A stretch of 64,000 nucleotides of DNA, taken from NCBI GenBank assembly GCA_951406725.2, contig OX597814.1, forward strand, positions 57,288,001-57,352,000. Direction: 5' to 3'. Both the position numbers and the translations under genes were made by a program. The notes beneath the pieces were generated by a model. That model ran no database searches. It worked only from the letters and a program-made list of their open reading frames with translations, and was not told the origin of the DNA. Shown in pieces: positions 52,402-64,000 of the stretch; position 1 is the first letter of the stretch; each line of letters starts with the position of its first letter. Source of the stretch: Octopus vulgaris. Its lineage: Eukaryota.

Positions 52402-52908
52402 GTAAGGACTTGACAGAGCAAAAAAGTGGTACGACCATAAACCCGAAGGCATCATCGAAAATGATAATGCAAAGATTCTATGGGATTTTATGATTCAGTG
52501 TGACCATGAGATAGAGAATAAGAAGCCAGTTATAGTGTTAATTGAGAAAGAAAGCAAGCTATGCTGGATCATAGATATAGCATGCCCAGCTGACAACAAG
52601 GTATGCGATAAGGAAGAAAGAAAAGTAGACAGATATGACAGGTTAGCTTGGAAGGTTAAGCAGTTGTGGTTGATGAAAAAGGTGGTGGTAGAACCAATAA
52701 TTGTCGGAGCCCTGGGAACAGTGAGTAAAAATCTTGAGAAGTACATGGAACAAATAGGGGCTGCAATAAAGCAGAAAAAAGCACTGCTTGGAACCGCTCG
52801 AATGCTCCGGATGGTGCTCGAAAAATAAGGGGTATTACCTTAGTTCACTGGTAGTGAACAGCTGGCACTGTAGTACATCTCCAGCGTTAGAAGTTGTGCA
52901 AAGACAAG
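52402..52908 (+). mobile_element. R4/Dong-like LINE 3' fragment (restriction-like endonuclease) ending in (TAA)n
   Basis: KILWDFMIQCDHEIENKKPVIVL..CWIIDIACP..KVDRYDRL..PIIVGALG. Confidence 0.85.
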
Positions 52909-52909
52909 A

Positions 52910-52967
<58 letters not shown>

Positions 52968-53209
52968 CAGTACCAGGCAGCGGCTCTCATGGCTTCTGAT
53001 CTTAACTGACTGGAAGTGTTATCATGTACATTGTTTTGTCTTGGTATAAAAGATGGGCTACAGCAAATATTCTGCTCAATACCACAGATTTGCTTGTCAG
53101 TTGTTTGACCGTAACCAGTTGAGCATGTCCCTTAGTGGCTGACGATATGTGCATCTCTGATCACGAGTAGAAGTAGTGGGGGAGCATCATGGCCATGTGT
53201 TGAGAGGGA

Positions 53210-54407
53210 TTCTGGAATCCATGAACTAGATATGATACAACACACACAAATGAAAGAGAAAATAAAGAAAGAATACTATAGACGAGTTAGATCAATACTA
53301 AAAACAGAGCTTAATGCTAAAAACCAGATAATAGGTATTAACACTTTAGCCGTCCCAGTTATAAGTTACAGCTACAATATCCTTAACTGGACACTAAATG
53401 AACTAAACAAAATAGACAGGAAAAAAAGAAAAATAATAACAGGATCTAGGATGCACCACTCAAAATTTGACATAGAAAAGCTATATATACAATGTATAGA
53501 AGGTGGTAGAGGCCTTATACAGCTGGAAAACTATTATAAAATAACCACCATAGGACTTCAAAAATATCTACTTCAGAAGCAAGGAAAACTGATACAAATA
53601 GCCGCAAAACACGAGCAAAACAAAAAACTGTTCACAGTATCTAAGGAAGCTGACAAATACAAACAAGAACTCATACTACCTAACAAATATGAAGAAGAAG
53701 AAGAAGAAGAAGAAGAAGAAGAAGAAGAAGAAGAAGAAGAAGAAGAAGAAGAAACAAAAGCTATAAAACAAATGAAATTATCTCTGGTTGCCCAGTCCTG
53801 GCTAAGAAGGAATATATTCACAGACACGACAGAGTTGAGACCTATATACACTGGAAGCTATGCCATAACTATGGAATAACAATAGAAAAAAGATGGTATA
53901 AGCACACACCAGAAAAGGTCACAGAAAACGAGAAAACCACCATACTCTGGGATATGCCAATACATACAGATAGAGAAATTAAGGCCAATAGGCAAAATAT
54001 AGTTGTCAGAGATCATGAAGGAAAAAAATGTTTTCTAATTGATGTATCAATACCAGCAGATGACAACGTTTCTCTAAAAGAAACGGAGAAACTTTCAAAA
54101 TACAAAGATCTGGAAATAGAGGTAAATCGGATGTGGAATCTAAAAACAGAAACAATTCCTATCATAGTAGGCGCATTAGGTATTATAAAAAGAATATTCA
54201 GACAAATACATAACAAAAATACCGGACTTTCAAATATATATAGCATACAGAAAATTGCACTACTGGGCACTACACACATCCTACGCAAAGCACTTTCAAT
54301 ACAGTAACCAAAAGAGCATCACAACAAACCACAGCACATACCCAAGGCACACAGAGCTGTGCTCGGTAGTGAAGTGAAAGCACGCTATAAAAATAAAACT
54401 ACTGGAT
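53210..54407 (+). mobile_element. second R4/Dong-like LINE 3' fragment ending in (TAA)n
   Basis: KKEYYRRVRSILKTELN..INTLAVPVISYS..DIEKLY..EGGRGL and ILWDMPIHTDREIKANRQNIVV..FLIDVSIP..EKLSKYKDLEIE..PIIVGALG. Internal deletion and an in-frame (GAA)n tract. Confidence 0.88.
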
Positions 54408-54429
54408 AATAATAATAATAAAAATAATG

Positions 54430-54471
<42 letters not shown>

Positions 54472-54529
54472 GTAATAGTAATAATAATATACCCCAGTGT
54501 CACTTTGATGGCATGCACTGCTCTCTCAA

Positions 54530-54850
54530 TCCTTTCTACTACAGTACAAGGCCTGGATTTTGTGGGGAGTGGGACAGTCGATTAGATCGACCCCAGTTCT
54601 CAACTGGTACTTAATTTATTGATCCCGAAATAATGAAGGGCAAAGTCGACCTCGCCGGAATTTGAACTCAGAGCGTAAAAACAGGCAAAATACCTATTTC
54701 TTTACTACACACAAGGGGCTAAACACAGAGAGGACAAACAAGGACAGACAAACGGATTAAGTCGATTATATCAAATCCAGTGCGTAACTGGTACTTATTT
54801 AATCGACCCCGAAAGGATGAAAGGCTAACGTTTCTGCCAGCTCGCAGACT
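54530..54850 (-). mobile_element. composite or nested SINE fragments (family of 38680)
   Basis: GTCGATT..ATCGACCCCAGT..AACTGGTACTT..GAAAGG motifs occur twice. Confidence 0.75.
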
Positions 54851-54952
54851 TATCTCTTTTAAATATCAAATGATTCATTGAAAGTTATTTTGACGTTACA
54901 AGTATCTACTGGTCAATGACTGAAAATGGTGAGAATTGTATTATATAATTAA

Positions 54953-55533
54953 CTAACTGAACGACCCGGTGTTGCCCGGGTTACAGCTGTTCTTAGATTA
55001 GTAAACAATAAATATGAAGATATATTTTTCTCATAATTATTTTTAAATATCTATATTTTATTTTTAAAAATCAAAATTGTAGTGCCAATAGAATTTTAAA
55101 CTGAAAATCTGTCAATCTTGAAGCACCTCAGGGTAAACAAAATTCATTGTGTCATTTTTTGTTGGTGTCCAAATGAATAAATTGCTGCTGCTTCCAACTC
55201 GTGAGCAAGCAACATAGAGTTGGCCGTGGGAGAATCATGTAATAGAGAGATCAGGTCCAACTACCTTGAGGGAATGACCCTGAGATTTGTTGACTGAAAT
55301 AGCAAAATTTAGTTTGACTGGAAACTGAAGCCTCCTAAATTTAAATGGAACATCTGTAGGTATGAGAGGAATTTTTTGAATAAAAACTTTTTCTCCTTTG
55401 TGACTCTCTGTTATGATTGTCGCCTCTAGGACACGGGGCTTCATGGAAGTAACAATTAAGCGAGTTCAATTGCAGAGGCGAGGTAAGTCAAGATACTTAA
55501 GCAACATAATGGGAGCACCTAGCTTTAGTGTAG
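54953..55533 (-). mobile_element. Helitron 3' fragment (PIF1-like helicase C-terminus + terminus)
   Basis: FKFRRLQFPVKLNFAISVNKSQGHSLKVVG and SHGQLYVACSRVG. 3' hairpin CCCGGGCAACACCGGG followed by TTAG (CTAG-like). Confidence 0.85.
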
Positions 55534-55678
55534 ATGTGTGTGTGTGTGTGTGTGTGTGTGTTTAATAACGTACCTAACAAACGCGCAAACATACATACAC
55601 ACACTCACAGACACATACACATTGATATAGACATTTGTGACGACAGTTACATTCATATAGTAAGACAGACTTACATAG

Positions 55679-55747
<69 letters not shown>

Positions 55748-55748
<1 letters not shown>

Positions 55749-56252
55749 ACTCCTTTGTATTCCCTCTTTTACGGTACGTCGCCAGTATCCATGGTTGCTG
55801 GCAACTGCTTCCCAATTGCTAATATTGATGTTGCAGGCCTTCATGTCCCTTTTGCAAACATCCTTGTAATGTAGGAACGATCTTCCCACAGACCTAGTAC
55901 CCTTAGTACCTTAGTACCCGTAGAGTATGTCTTTGGGGATTCTGCCATCTTTCATACGGCTAACATGCCCAAGCCATCTCATACGTCTTTGTGTGAGGAG
56001 TGCAAACATGCTTGGTATTCCTGCTTGCTTGAGGACATCTTTGTTGGGGACATGATTCTGCCACTTGATGCGAAGGATTTTCCGGAGGCAGCGCAGGTGA
56101 AAGATGTTTAGACGACGCTCTTGGCGTGTGTATGGCGTCCAAGTCTCACTTCCATACAGTAGAGTTCTAAGTACACATGCCTGGTAGATCTTCATTTTCG
56201 CGGTCTTGGTCAGCTTATTGTTGTCCCATGCCCGTTTGGAGAGTTGGGCCAT
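55748..56252 (-). mobile_element. RTE (BovB-like) LINE 3' fragment
   Basis: KMKIYQACVLRTLLYGSETW..FHLRCLRKILRIKW..RMRWLGHVSRMKDGRIPKDILYG..YKDVCKRDMK. Confidence 0.9.
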
Positions 56253-56383
56253 GAAAGAATTAAATGGTGTGAAATGGGTTGAAATAAAGTGGAAGTAAGG
56301 GGTAGCGTCAGTGAGGGAAGAGAAAGAGGCAGAAAGGGAGAGAAAGAAAGAAAGAAGAGAGAGAGGGGGAGACAGATTAATAA

Positions 56384-56415
<32 letters not shown>

Positions 56416-57489
56416 GTGTATGGTACTGGTAACGCACACATACACACACACACGTATATATATGAACAGAGATGAAAATTAACAGGTCGTTTTATTTCCA
56501 CCAGTCAGTTTTGTGAATTCAGCAAAAAGATAAGAAAAAACTTCCATCATTGATACAAAGTTTTTTGCACCTGAGAAGTTTCACGGAATATTTTTTGTTT
56601 CTTTTTGAGCATATTTTCCGAAAGTTTATACTGAAATCTTTTTGAACGAATATGTGTTATATCATGTAAATTCCGAATATACAAAACTTTGAAAATGAAA
56701 CAAATATGAGCGACTTGTTCAGAAATATCCGCCAGTGGGGAACAATTCTCAAAAATAGCCCCCAATTGTTTTCCCCAAAAACAATTCCTATGTCCTCGGA
56801 ATCTACATAGTCTGCGGTATATTTGTAAAGAATTTCATTAAAAATATCCATTATTTTGGAAGACGAATTGAAGTGGACTCCAGGAAAATTTCCGAAATTA
56901 CCCACCCCAACCTCTCCTAAAACACTTTCGCCCAAGAAAATTTTGTATATTCGGAATCTACATGATATAACACATATTCGTAGACAATTTCATTAAAAAT
57001 ATCCATTTTTCTGAAAGTTATGATCATCCAAAGTCGGTGGCGCGGAAATCTATAGTTATGCCGATTCAAAAATACAGCAGTGCAAGTAAAAAATAAGTTT
57101 GTCAATATTCAGAGGAATATTTAAAATTTGAATTTATACCCGCTATCCACGATAAACTGTCACCAGGTTATTGGCGAAAAAACTTAGATCTTGTGAATGC
57201 TTCAAAGTCCGTCGGAAAAGATTTTTCACAAATTTCTTTATAATCGTAATCTATGCTGGTTGAAAGGTTTTTGTATCAAATTTCACTAAAAAAACAAAAC
57301 ATTTTCCTAAAAGTTATGAGAGAAAAACTCGGATTTTGTGAATTTTCCGAAGTCCTCCGCCCCCACGTTGATTTCCACGCATCTTTTTTCATATTCGTTT
57401 CCTACACATTTTTTTACGTCCGTTGCACTATTTTTTAAAAACTTTGTTTCCGGTTAATATTGTAAACATTACCAAATTTTGAATAACAA

Positions 57490-57571
57490 AAATTATATAT
57501 CACAAGGGGGCATCAGGATTTTAGAAATGATTCGGTGGGGTGCATGGCCAAAAATAGGTTGAGAATCACTG
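57490..57571. mobile_element. hAT (Charlie-like) MITE end
   Basis: Ends in AGGTTGAGAATCACTG, the reverse complement of a CAGTG(G/A)TTCTCAACC-type terminal inverted repeat. Confidence 0.5.
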
Positions 57572-57692
57572 GTCTATAAGAATAATCTTCTCAAGACGAA
57601 TATCGCAGTTTGGAGGGCTTTCGATATATACACACTTCATGTATGAATACATCGCTGATTAACAATTAAGTACATTTTCAACTCTTTATATT

Positions 57693-57880
57693 TTACCTTT
57701 TACTTGTTTCAGTCATTAGATTGCGGTCATACTGGGGCACCGCCTTGAAGAATTTCTAGTCGAATGAATTGAACCCAGTACATATTCTTTTGTTAAACTT
57801 AAAACTTAACTTATCGAACCGCTACGTTACGCAAACACACCAACAACGCTGGGGGAACTAACATAGACAAGAAAACACAC
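57693..57880 (-). mobile_element. SINE 3' half, eroded
   Basis: TTTACTTGTTTCAGTCATT...GCACCGCC...GAACCGCTA.GTTACG. Confidence 0.65.
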
Positions 57881-58252
57881 ACACATAGATATACGCACGC
57901 ACATAGATACACACAAACACGTACAAACACACAATCACGCGCGCGCATACACACACACAAACACACACATATAAGTTCAGAATTCAAGTGAATCAGGTCC
58001 TTAAATGGTAAAGCACCAAGGTCGGCTCAGTGGAATCGTTATCGTGTTCAAAACAAAATTAGAGGAACATATACGTACGAAGTAAAGATGGATATATATT
58101 CCAGTTGCATGTACGATCACAAGCGTCCGGCTGAATATAACACGAACCTCAAGGCTGCACTTGGGTACAAACGCTGCACCAATTGTAGTACACCCAATAG
58201 ACTCCAGATCTACGCTACTTACAGGTTCCGAATAAGGTGATTAATAAGCAAA

Positions 58253-58555
58253 TAACAGATGGATAGTGTTTCACTCACTACAGTTGTTTCAGACGTGTTT
58301 TATATTGATGAATAGAATTATTGCATCGTGCGCAAAAAAAAAAACCCGTTTTCATCAGGTGAATATATTCACAAATTAAACATTAAAAAAAAATTCTACG
58401 AATACAAGTATGTTTTTTAATGTTTAATTCGCGCATATATTCACCTGATGAAAACGGGTTTTTTTAATTTTTTGCATGATATAAAAATTCTATTTATCAA
58501 AATCAAAACACGTCCGAAACAGCTGTGGAGAGTGAACCACTATCCATCTGTTGTT
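58253..58555. repeat. ~300-bp inverted repeat made of two divergent hammerhead-bearing arms (HHRs at 58275-58362 minus and 58441-58531 plus)
   Basis: Left arm (minus): TCAC-CTGATGA...CGTCT-GAAA-CAACTG-TA-GTGA. Right arm (plus): TCAC-CTGATGA...CGTCC-GAAA-CAGCTG-TG-GAGA. Confidence 0.8.
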
Positions 58556-58565
58556 ATATATATAC

Positions 58566-58633
<68 letters not shown>

Positions 58634-58761
58634 CGGGAAGCTTTATGAAAATAGACAAAAGACGAAGGCAGGTTTACGGAAATAAACAAAAGACGAAGGC
58701 AGGTGGAATACAAACAAACAATTGTATTAGTATGGCGCTCAGGAAATATAAATAAAACAAG

Positions 58762-58799
58762 TCTTTAACGTTTCGAGCCTACGCTCTTGAACAGAAAGA
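58762..58799 (-). ncRNA. degenerate minimal hammerhead motif
   Basis: TCTTT-CTGTTCA-A-GAGC-GTAG-GCTC-GAAA-CG-TT-AAAGA. Stems are perfect but the core is mutated. Same layout as 50897. Confidence 0.55.
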
Positions 58800-59226
58800 T
58801 ACACAGAGAAAAAACACAGAAAGAAGGAGAGAAAAAAATATGCGTGCAGAAGCTAGCGAATCAACATGGCGATCTGATTTCGGCCAGAAGTCAAAGATCA
58901 AACATGAGACGCAAGAGCGAAATTAGGGGAGATAATAGGGTTGAATGACCTCGCTCCAACCTAAGAGTGTGTGTGTATGAGAAGAGTGTGTGTGTGTGTA
59001 TGAGAGAGTATTAGTGCGTATGAGAGGTCTGGACGTGTGTATGTATATATGATGTGATGTGTAAAGTGGTATGGTGTAGTGTAGAGAGAGGAGAAGAGGG
59101 GGGAGGGGAGGTAAGGGGGAGGGGGAGAAAGAAAGGGGAGAAGAGGGGAGAAGGAAAGGGGAGAATAGGAGAGGGAAGGGGAAGGGGGAGAAGGAAGGAG
59201 AGGAGAAGAGGAGGGAGGAGAAGGAT

Positions 59227-59424
59227 TCTTTTACTTATTTCAATCATTTGACTGCAGCCATGCTAAAGCACCGACTTTAGTCGAGCAAGTACTTATTACA
59301 TCGTCTGTATTGGGGAACCGTTAAGTTACGGGAACATGAACTCACCATCATCGGTTGTCAAGCGATGTTGTGGGGACAAACACAGACACACAAACATATA
59401 CACACAGACACACACATATATATG

Positions 59425-59461
<37 letters not shown>

Positions 59462-59624
59462 GACGAGCTTCTTTCGGTTTCCGTCCACCAAATCGACTCA
59501 CAAGACTTTGGTCGGCCCGAGGCTATAGTAGAAGACACTTACCCAAAATGCCACGCAGTGGTACTGGACCCGGAACCGTGTGGTTGGTAAACAAGCTACT
59601 TACTACACAGCCACTCCTGCGCCT
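59227..59624 (-). mobile_element. full-length tRNA-derived SINE with internal (CA)/(TA) microsatellite
   Basis: Head AGGCGCAGGAGTGGCTGTGTAGTAAG...GGTTCCGGGTCCAGTACC, with a body matching the other copies. Confidence 0.85.
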
Positions 59625-60560
59625 ATATATATATAATCAAAAGGATATGAGTTCGAGTCTCATGATTGTTTGCCGGCAGATTTTTCCGCTTTGTATGGAT
59701 GTGTAGTGAATCTTGCATGCATGAACTGGATTCGATCCACCATAACCGAATTTAAATTAACTCTGCAACAGAACCTTTCCCACGATGGAACAATGGTTTT
59801 TCTCTGACAGCAGTTTTACATCTTCCAGATGCCTTTAGCTAGGCCGAAATAATGTCTTCACCACTTGACCCTTTCTAACCTCTTCTACTTCACCAAAAGC
59901 TAGAATAGTGATAACAAGACCACCAACTAAATCTATTGTTTTCAATGATATAGCTATCCTTCTGGATAGTCATATAAGCAATCACACCCCAAGCAAAAAT
60001 CAGTTGTCACTGGTGACAACTCGTGAGTTGAGAGAGAGCTAACATCAGTTGGTGAACCGACCACTAGAATTATGGAAGCAGGCAGACAACACGGCCAGAG
60101 GAAAAAGAAAGACAACGTCCCACACTCTCTCACACTAGCTCCAATTCTGTTCTCTTACAACATCATTCTATCTCTCTCTGTATTTACTACTAAACAATGA
60201 AGAGGACACAAACAAACTTTACTTCGCATGCTTTTGGATTTATTATAGCCTGCCCGTCGAGGTAAGGTATTGTAACGTAACGGTAAATAAATACTTTCTT
60301 AAAACTTCATGCATTGTTCATCTTTCCCATCCTACAACATGCAATTATAACAACAAAACATTATCGTTGCATCTGCTGGCTTCGACACATCAATATAATG
60401 TTTACTAATCAATCTTAACCGTTGCAGATGTTTTATCCAGTCTCTGCTGTTCTATCAGCGTTTATGCATTTGTAAACAAAATATTATCTTATTTGAATAC
60501 ACACTTCAGCTCTTCTAGAACAAACATTGATTTGTTTACATTCATCGTAATGATGTTGAT

Positions 60561-60604
60561 GACTCTGATGAGAACCCAATAAGGTTCAAAAATCGATTAA
60601 AGTT
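60561..60604 (+). ncRNA. degenerate hammerhead motif (G12A)
   Basis: GACT-CTGATGA-GAACC-CAATAA-GGTTC-AAAA-ATCGAT-TA-AAGT. Confidence 0.55.
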
Positions 60605-60665
60605 CTTCATTTTTTTTAACGGCGGTGTATCAGCAATGGCCGCAGCTCTGAGCTGAAACTAAAAG

Positions 60666-60731
<66 letters not shown>

Positions 60732-61074
60732 AATTCAGGGTGAATACTTGATATGTGTAAGCACCTGTATAGGCCAGCTAGTAGCAGAGATGAGAGGGTA
60801 TATGCATCAAATGAAATAAAAAACAGAACACAAAGGATATATATATATACACGACGGGTTTCTTTCATTTTCCATCAATCAAATCCACTCAAGGATTTGA
60901 TCAGCCCGAGGCTATATCAGAAGACACTTGCCCAAAGTCCCAGGGCCATGTCGCATGTCGTTGAGAGGAAATCTTCTTATTACATAGCAAAGGAACGTAG
61001 CATATACACTGAACCACAGAGGTAGCGCGAGACGTGTGTGACAGTGAAATATGTTTTAATTTCATTATGTCAAA

Positions 61075-61800
61075 GATAAATCTCATAAAGTCAATTTCTT
61101 GGATGCACTTTGACTACAGTCTATGGGTCGTTGTCATGTGTTCTGATAGTGGGCGGATCCAGCACATCGAGATTGTAGGGCGTGACATGTTCAATACCGT
61201 GTATTCCCTCTCTGGGTGTTCAAAACAGTCATACACCGTCGATACATGGAGTGCATGAGGTAGTTCACAAAAGCCATTGTCATCTGTGCCCACACCCTGA
61301 GGAAAGCTGCCTCAAGTTCTACACGAGTTGTTGGCCTTGGGATCACCTGGTTCAGCCATCTCTGGATTTCATTCCTCAAGTGTTCAATTGGGTTCAAGTC
61401 CGGGCTAAGAACCAGCCACGGTATGGTTCTGATGCTGTGCTGACGCAGGAAGACCATGGTGACCCTGACCGTGTGTGAAGGAGCCTTGTCCTGCTGGAAC
61501 ACGTGGCTATGGTGATGCGCGAAGAAGGGCGCGATGTGATGTCTTAGAATCTGGTCAACGTAACGATGCGCTGTGGTGCTATTCCCTCTGCCTGCACCAG
61601 TATTTTGGAATATATTAGGGACCAATTCTCCTATAGCACCCCAAACCATGATGCATTGAGCACCTCACGCGTCTCTCTTCATAACACATGCGTCTCTGTA
61701 GCGTTCACTCCTCTTATGCCACATTCTCACTCTGCCATCCGAGGTGGAAACTCAGTACCAGCTCTCGTCAGAGAAGACTATCAACCTCCATTGTTGATGC
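61075..61800 (-). mobile_element. Tc1-like transposase fragment
   Basis: ORF 61191-61649: MVWGAIG, FQQDKAPSH, SPDLNPIEHL..EIQR. Confidence 0.88.
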
Positions 61801-62450
61801 CGTCAACGTCGGTGGCCAATCTGGCCACACTTGAAACACCTCGACCTCCTACCCTTTACCAATACCCTCAACTTTCTTTCTCCTACCATGATGATGTCCA
61901 CAATATTATCCAGGGTATCTGGGGCAGCCTGGATATCCAGTTTCTCATGGCCTGGAAGATTGTCACAAGGTAAGAGCATTGTTTCATCTGATGATACTGA
62001 GGCCACAGAGTGTTGTTTGGCCTTCTCTGTGGAAAAACGCACCTCCACGGTGGAAAATTTTGCGCACCTGGCCAGGTATATTATATCCGATCAGATGGAT
62101 GCCAAACACTTCTCAATTTCCTTCTTCTCTCCTACGTTAATGGATTTTTCCTTTGTGTTGAACGTTTTAAATATCACTGTTTTTTTTCCTCTACGTTCTG
62201 AGCCACTTAGCTGAGGGGGGTTAATCTTATTTCATGTCCCTCCCTTAGCAACATATTTCCATACCTTTTCAAATCCTTCATTTCGATTTTTAACACTTTT
62301 CTTTTCATTTCGGTTACATTCGCAAAACTCTTCTTTTCCTTTGCTTCTCTCTTCCTCAATCCCTCCTCCATACTATTTACGCACTTCCTCGCTCACCCTC
62401 CGACCAATCCATTTTCGGAAGAGCTAATTTCGTCACAGCTCGTTTTTCAA
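61801..62450 (-). mobile_element. LINE ORF1-like fragment with Zn knuckle, abutting the Tc1
   Basis: GERKLRVLVKGRRSRCFKCGQIGHRR, with basic coiled-type sequence upstream. Confidence 0.5.
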
Positions 62451-62819
62451 TCACACGCTTCCTCCCCACTCCCCAAGCAAGGGGTAACGTCGACAACAGT
62501 CCCTCTCGCGCGGAAGAAACAAGGTGTTCAAACACACGTAAAACAAGAACCTATGAATCCTATCAAACCCTAAATAACTACGTCCTACTCCAAAAAAATG
62601 AGGGGAACGAATGGACAAATTTCGAATACCAGAAACGCGGTTCAAATTGATTTTTATACCCATAACCTATACGAGATGCATGTGCATTTCGATTTTCATG
62701 ACAGTTGCTTGCGACTGCCACCCACGGCATTCAACGCGGCTGCGTTTTGGAGTCTTGTTTCAAGGTAAGTTGAAAGGTTACCTGTAATTTGGGTCTTAGC
62801 CATAAACCGGCATGCCTTG

Positions 62820-63015
62820 GAATGTTGATTTCAAATTTTAACATAAGGCCAGCAATAGGGAGGAGGTAAGTAGATTACATCGACCCTAGTACTCGACCCT
62901 GAAAGGATGACAGGCAAACTCGTCTTCGGTGGAATTTGAACTCAGAAAGCAAAGATGAACGGAATGCCGCTAAACATTTTGTCCGGCGTGCTAAGGATTC
63001 TGCCAGCTTGCAGTC
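62820..63015 (-). mobile_element. eroded SINE (family of 38680)
   Basis: GATTACATCGACCC...GAAAGGATGA...GAATTTGAACTCAGAA...CCGGCGTGCTAA.GATTCTGCCAGCT. Confidence 0.75.
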
Positions 63016-63420
63016 TTTATTAGTGAGCATATATTAATTAATCAAAATAAGATTATGAAAGAAATTACCAATAAATTTCATTTATGAGAAGCAGAGTTAT
63101 TTCCCCTGAAAAATTTCACTCCTACGAATTACCCGAATCTAAGTATAAGAAGTGTTGTGGAATCATTTCAACCATTCATTAAAAGATATTTATCTTTATT
63201 ACGAAATTGCTGTAATGTCGTTTTATTTGTCAATATGATATTGACGCTACGTGGACAAAAATAATAGCAGACTTGATAAAGAAGAAAATAGAAAGCTATG
63301 CGACTACCTGCAAAACCTTGCGGAGCTGTGTGATAAGAAGTTCACTTTTCAGCCACGTAGTGTCTTCTACTATAATCTTGACATCTTTGTCACCAACTCC
63401 TCTACGTTCGGTCGTTTTGC

Positions 63421-63499
<79 letters not shown>

Positions 63500-64000
63500 T
63501 TGTATCCTGCTGTGTCCCTTTGTAGTTTCCATTACAGCTGTCCGTGTCATGTCTTCTAACCTTTACAGTTTTCACACACCATTGAGCAGTCGTGTTGTCG
63601 GCATTTTAATCACTTGATAACTGGAGTTAGTTTGTTTATGTCCCTGTAACTTAGTGATTCCACAAAAGAAAACGATAGAATAAGTACCCCACTCAACTAA
63701 ATCCTTCAAGTTTTTTCCCCAGCATGGATGTAATCAAGTAACAGAAACAGCTAAAAAAAGTTACTAAACATTCATTTTAAGGTAGCAAAAAGTTATGTCC
63801 CTTACCTATGTGCATATTTTGCTTTGTACTGATTTTACTGATCGAAAAAAAGAACATATTTCCCTTTTATTGTGGCTAGATATTATGAAATTCAACGAAA
63901 TGGAAATGTGGCTTAGCATTAAGACTAGTAATTTTAGCGGGAGGAGAATGCCGATTACGTTAACTCCAGTGCGAAAAGCAAATTCTACCTTAACGCAATT

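Noticed and set aside
56500-57480. AT-rich segment with internal degenerate repeats
   Set aside because: Probably a non-autonomous transposon, but no termini or coding motifs could be defined.
63251-63559. 102-aa ORF beginning DKNNSRLDKEE as a second EF-hand exon
   Set aside because: The loop spacing is not EF-hand-like, no supporting splice sites were found, and it runs into microsatellite.

Overview
Eukaryotic, AT- and microsatellite-rich DNA. The SINE and repeat families suggest an octopus (coleoid cephalopod) genome; this is an inference from family resemblance. Most of the window is transposon debris: RTE, CR1, Tx1-like and R4/Dong-like LINEs, Gypsy, Tc1/mariner, Helitron, tRNA-SINEs and Penelope-like elements (PLEs). 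Three things stand out. (1) An ~8.1-kb unit is present three times in tandem (4156-28524). Its junction falls in the loop of a DNA palindrome and carries an 8-nt templated insertion. (2) A three-exon, minus-strand EF-hand (calmodulin-like) gene lies at 51892->37162, with a TATA box, canonical splice sites and a polyA signal, but an apparent 1-nt frameshift in exon 3. The ORF track does not show exons 2-3. (3) There are many minimal type I hammerhead ribozyme (HHR) motifs with palindromic stem III, carried by PLE pseudo-LTRs. One pair is intact and sits in the ~880-bp inverted arms of a young Hydra-type PLE, which inserted into a SINE inside intron 1 of the EF-hand gene. Most short ORFs in the track are microsatellite artefacts. 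All calls were made by eye, without database searches.
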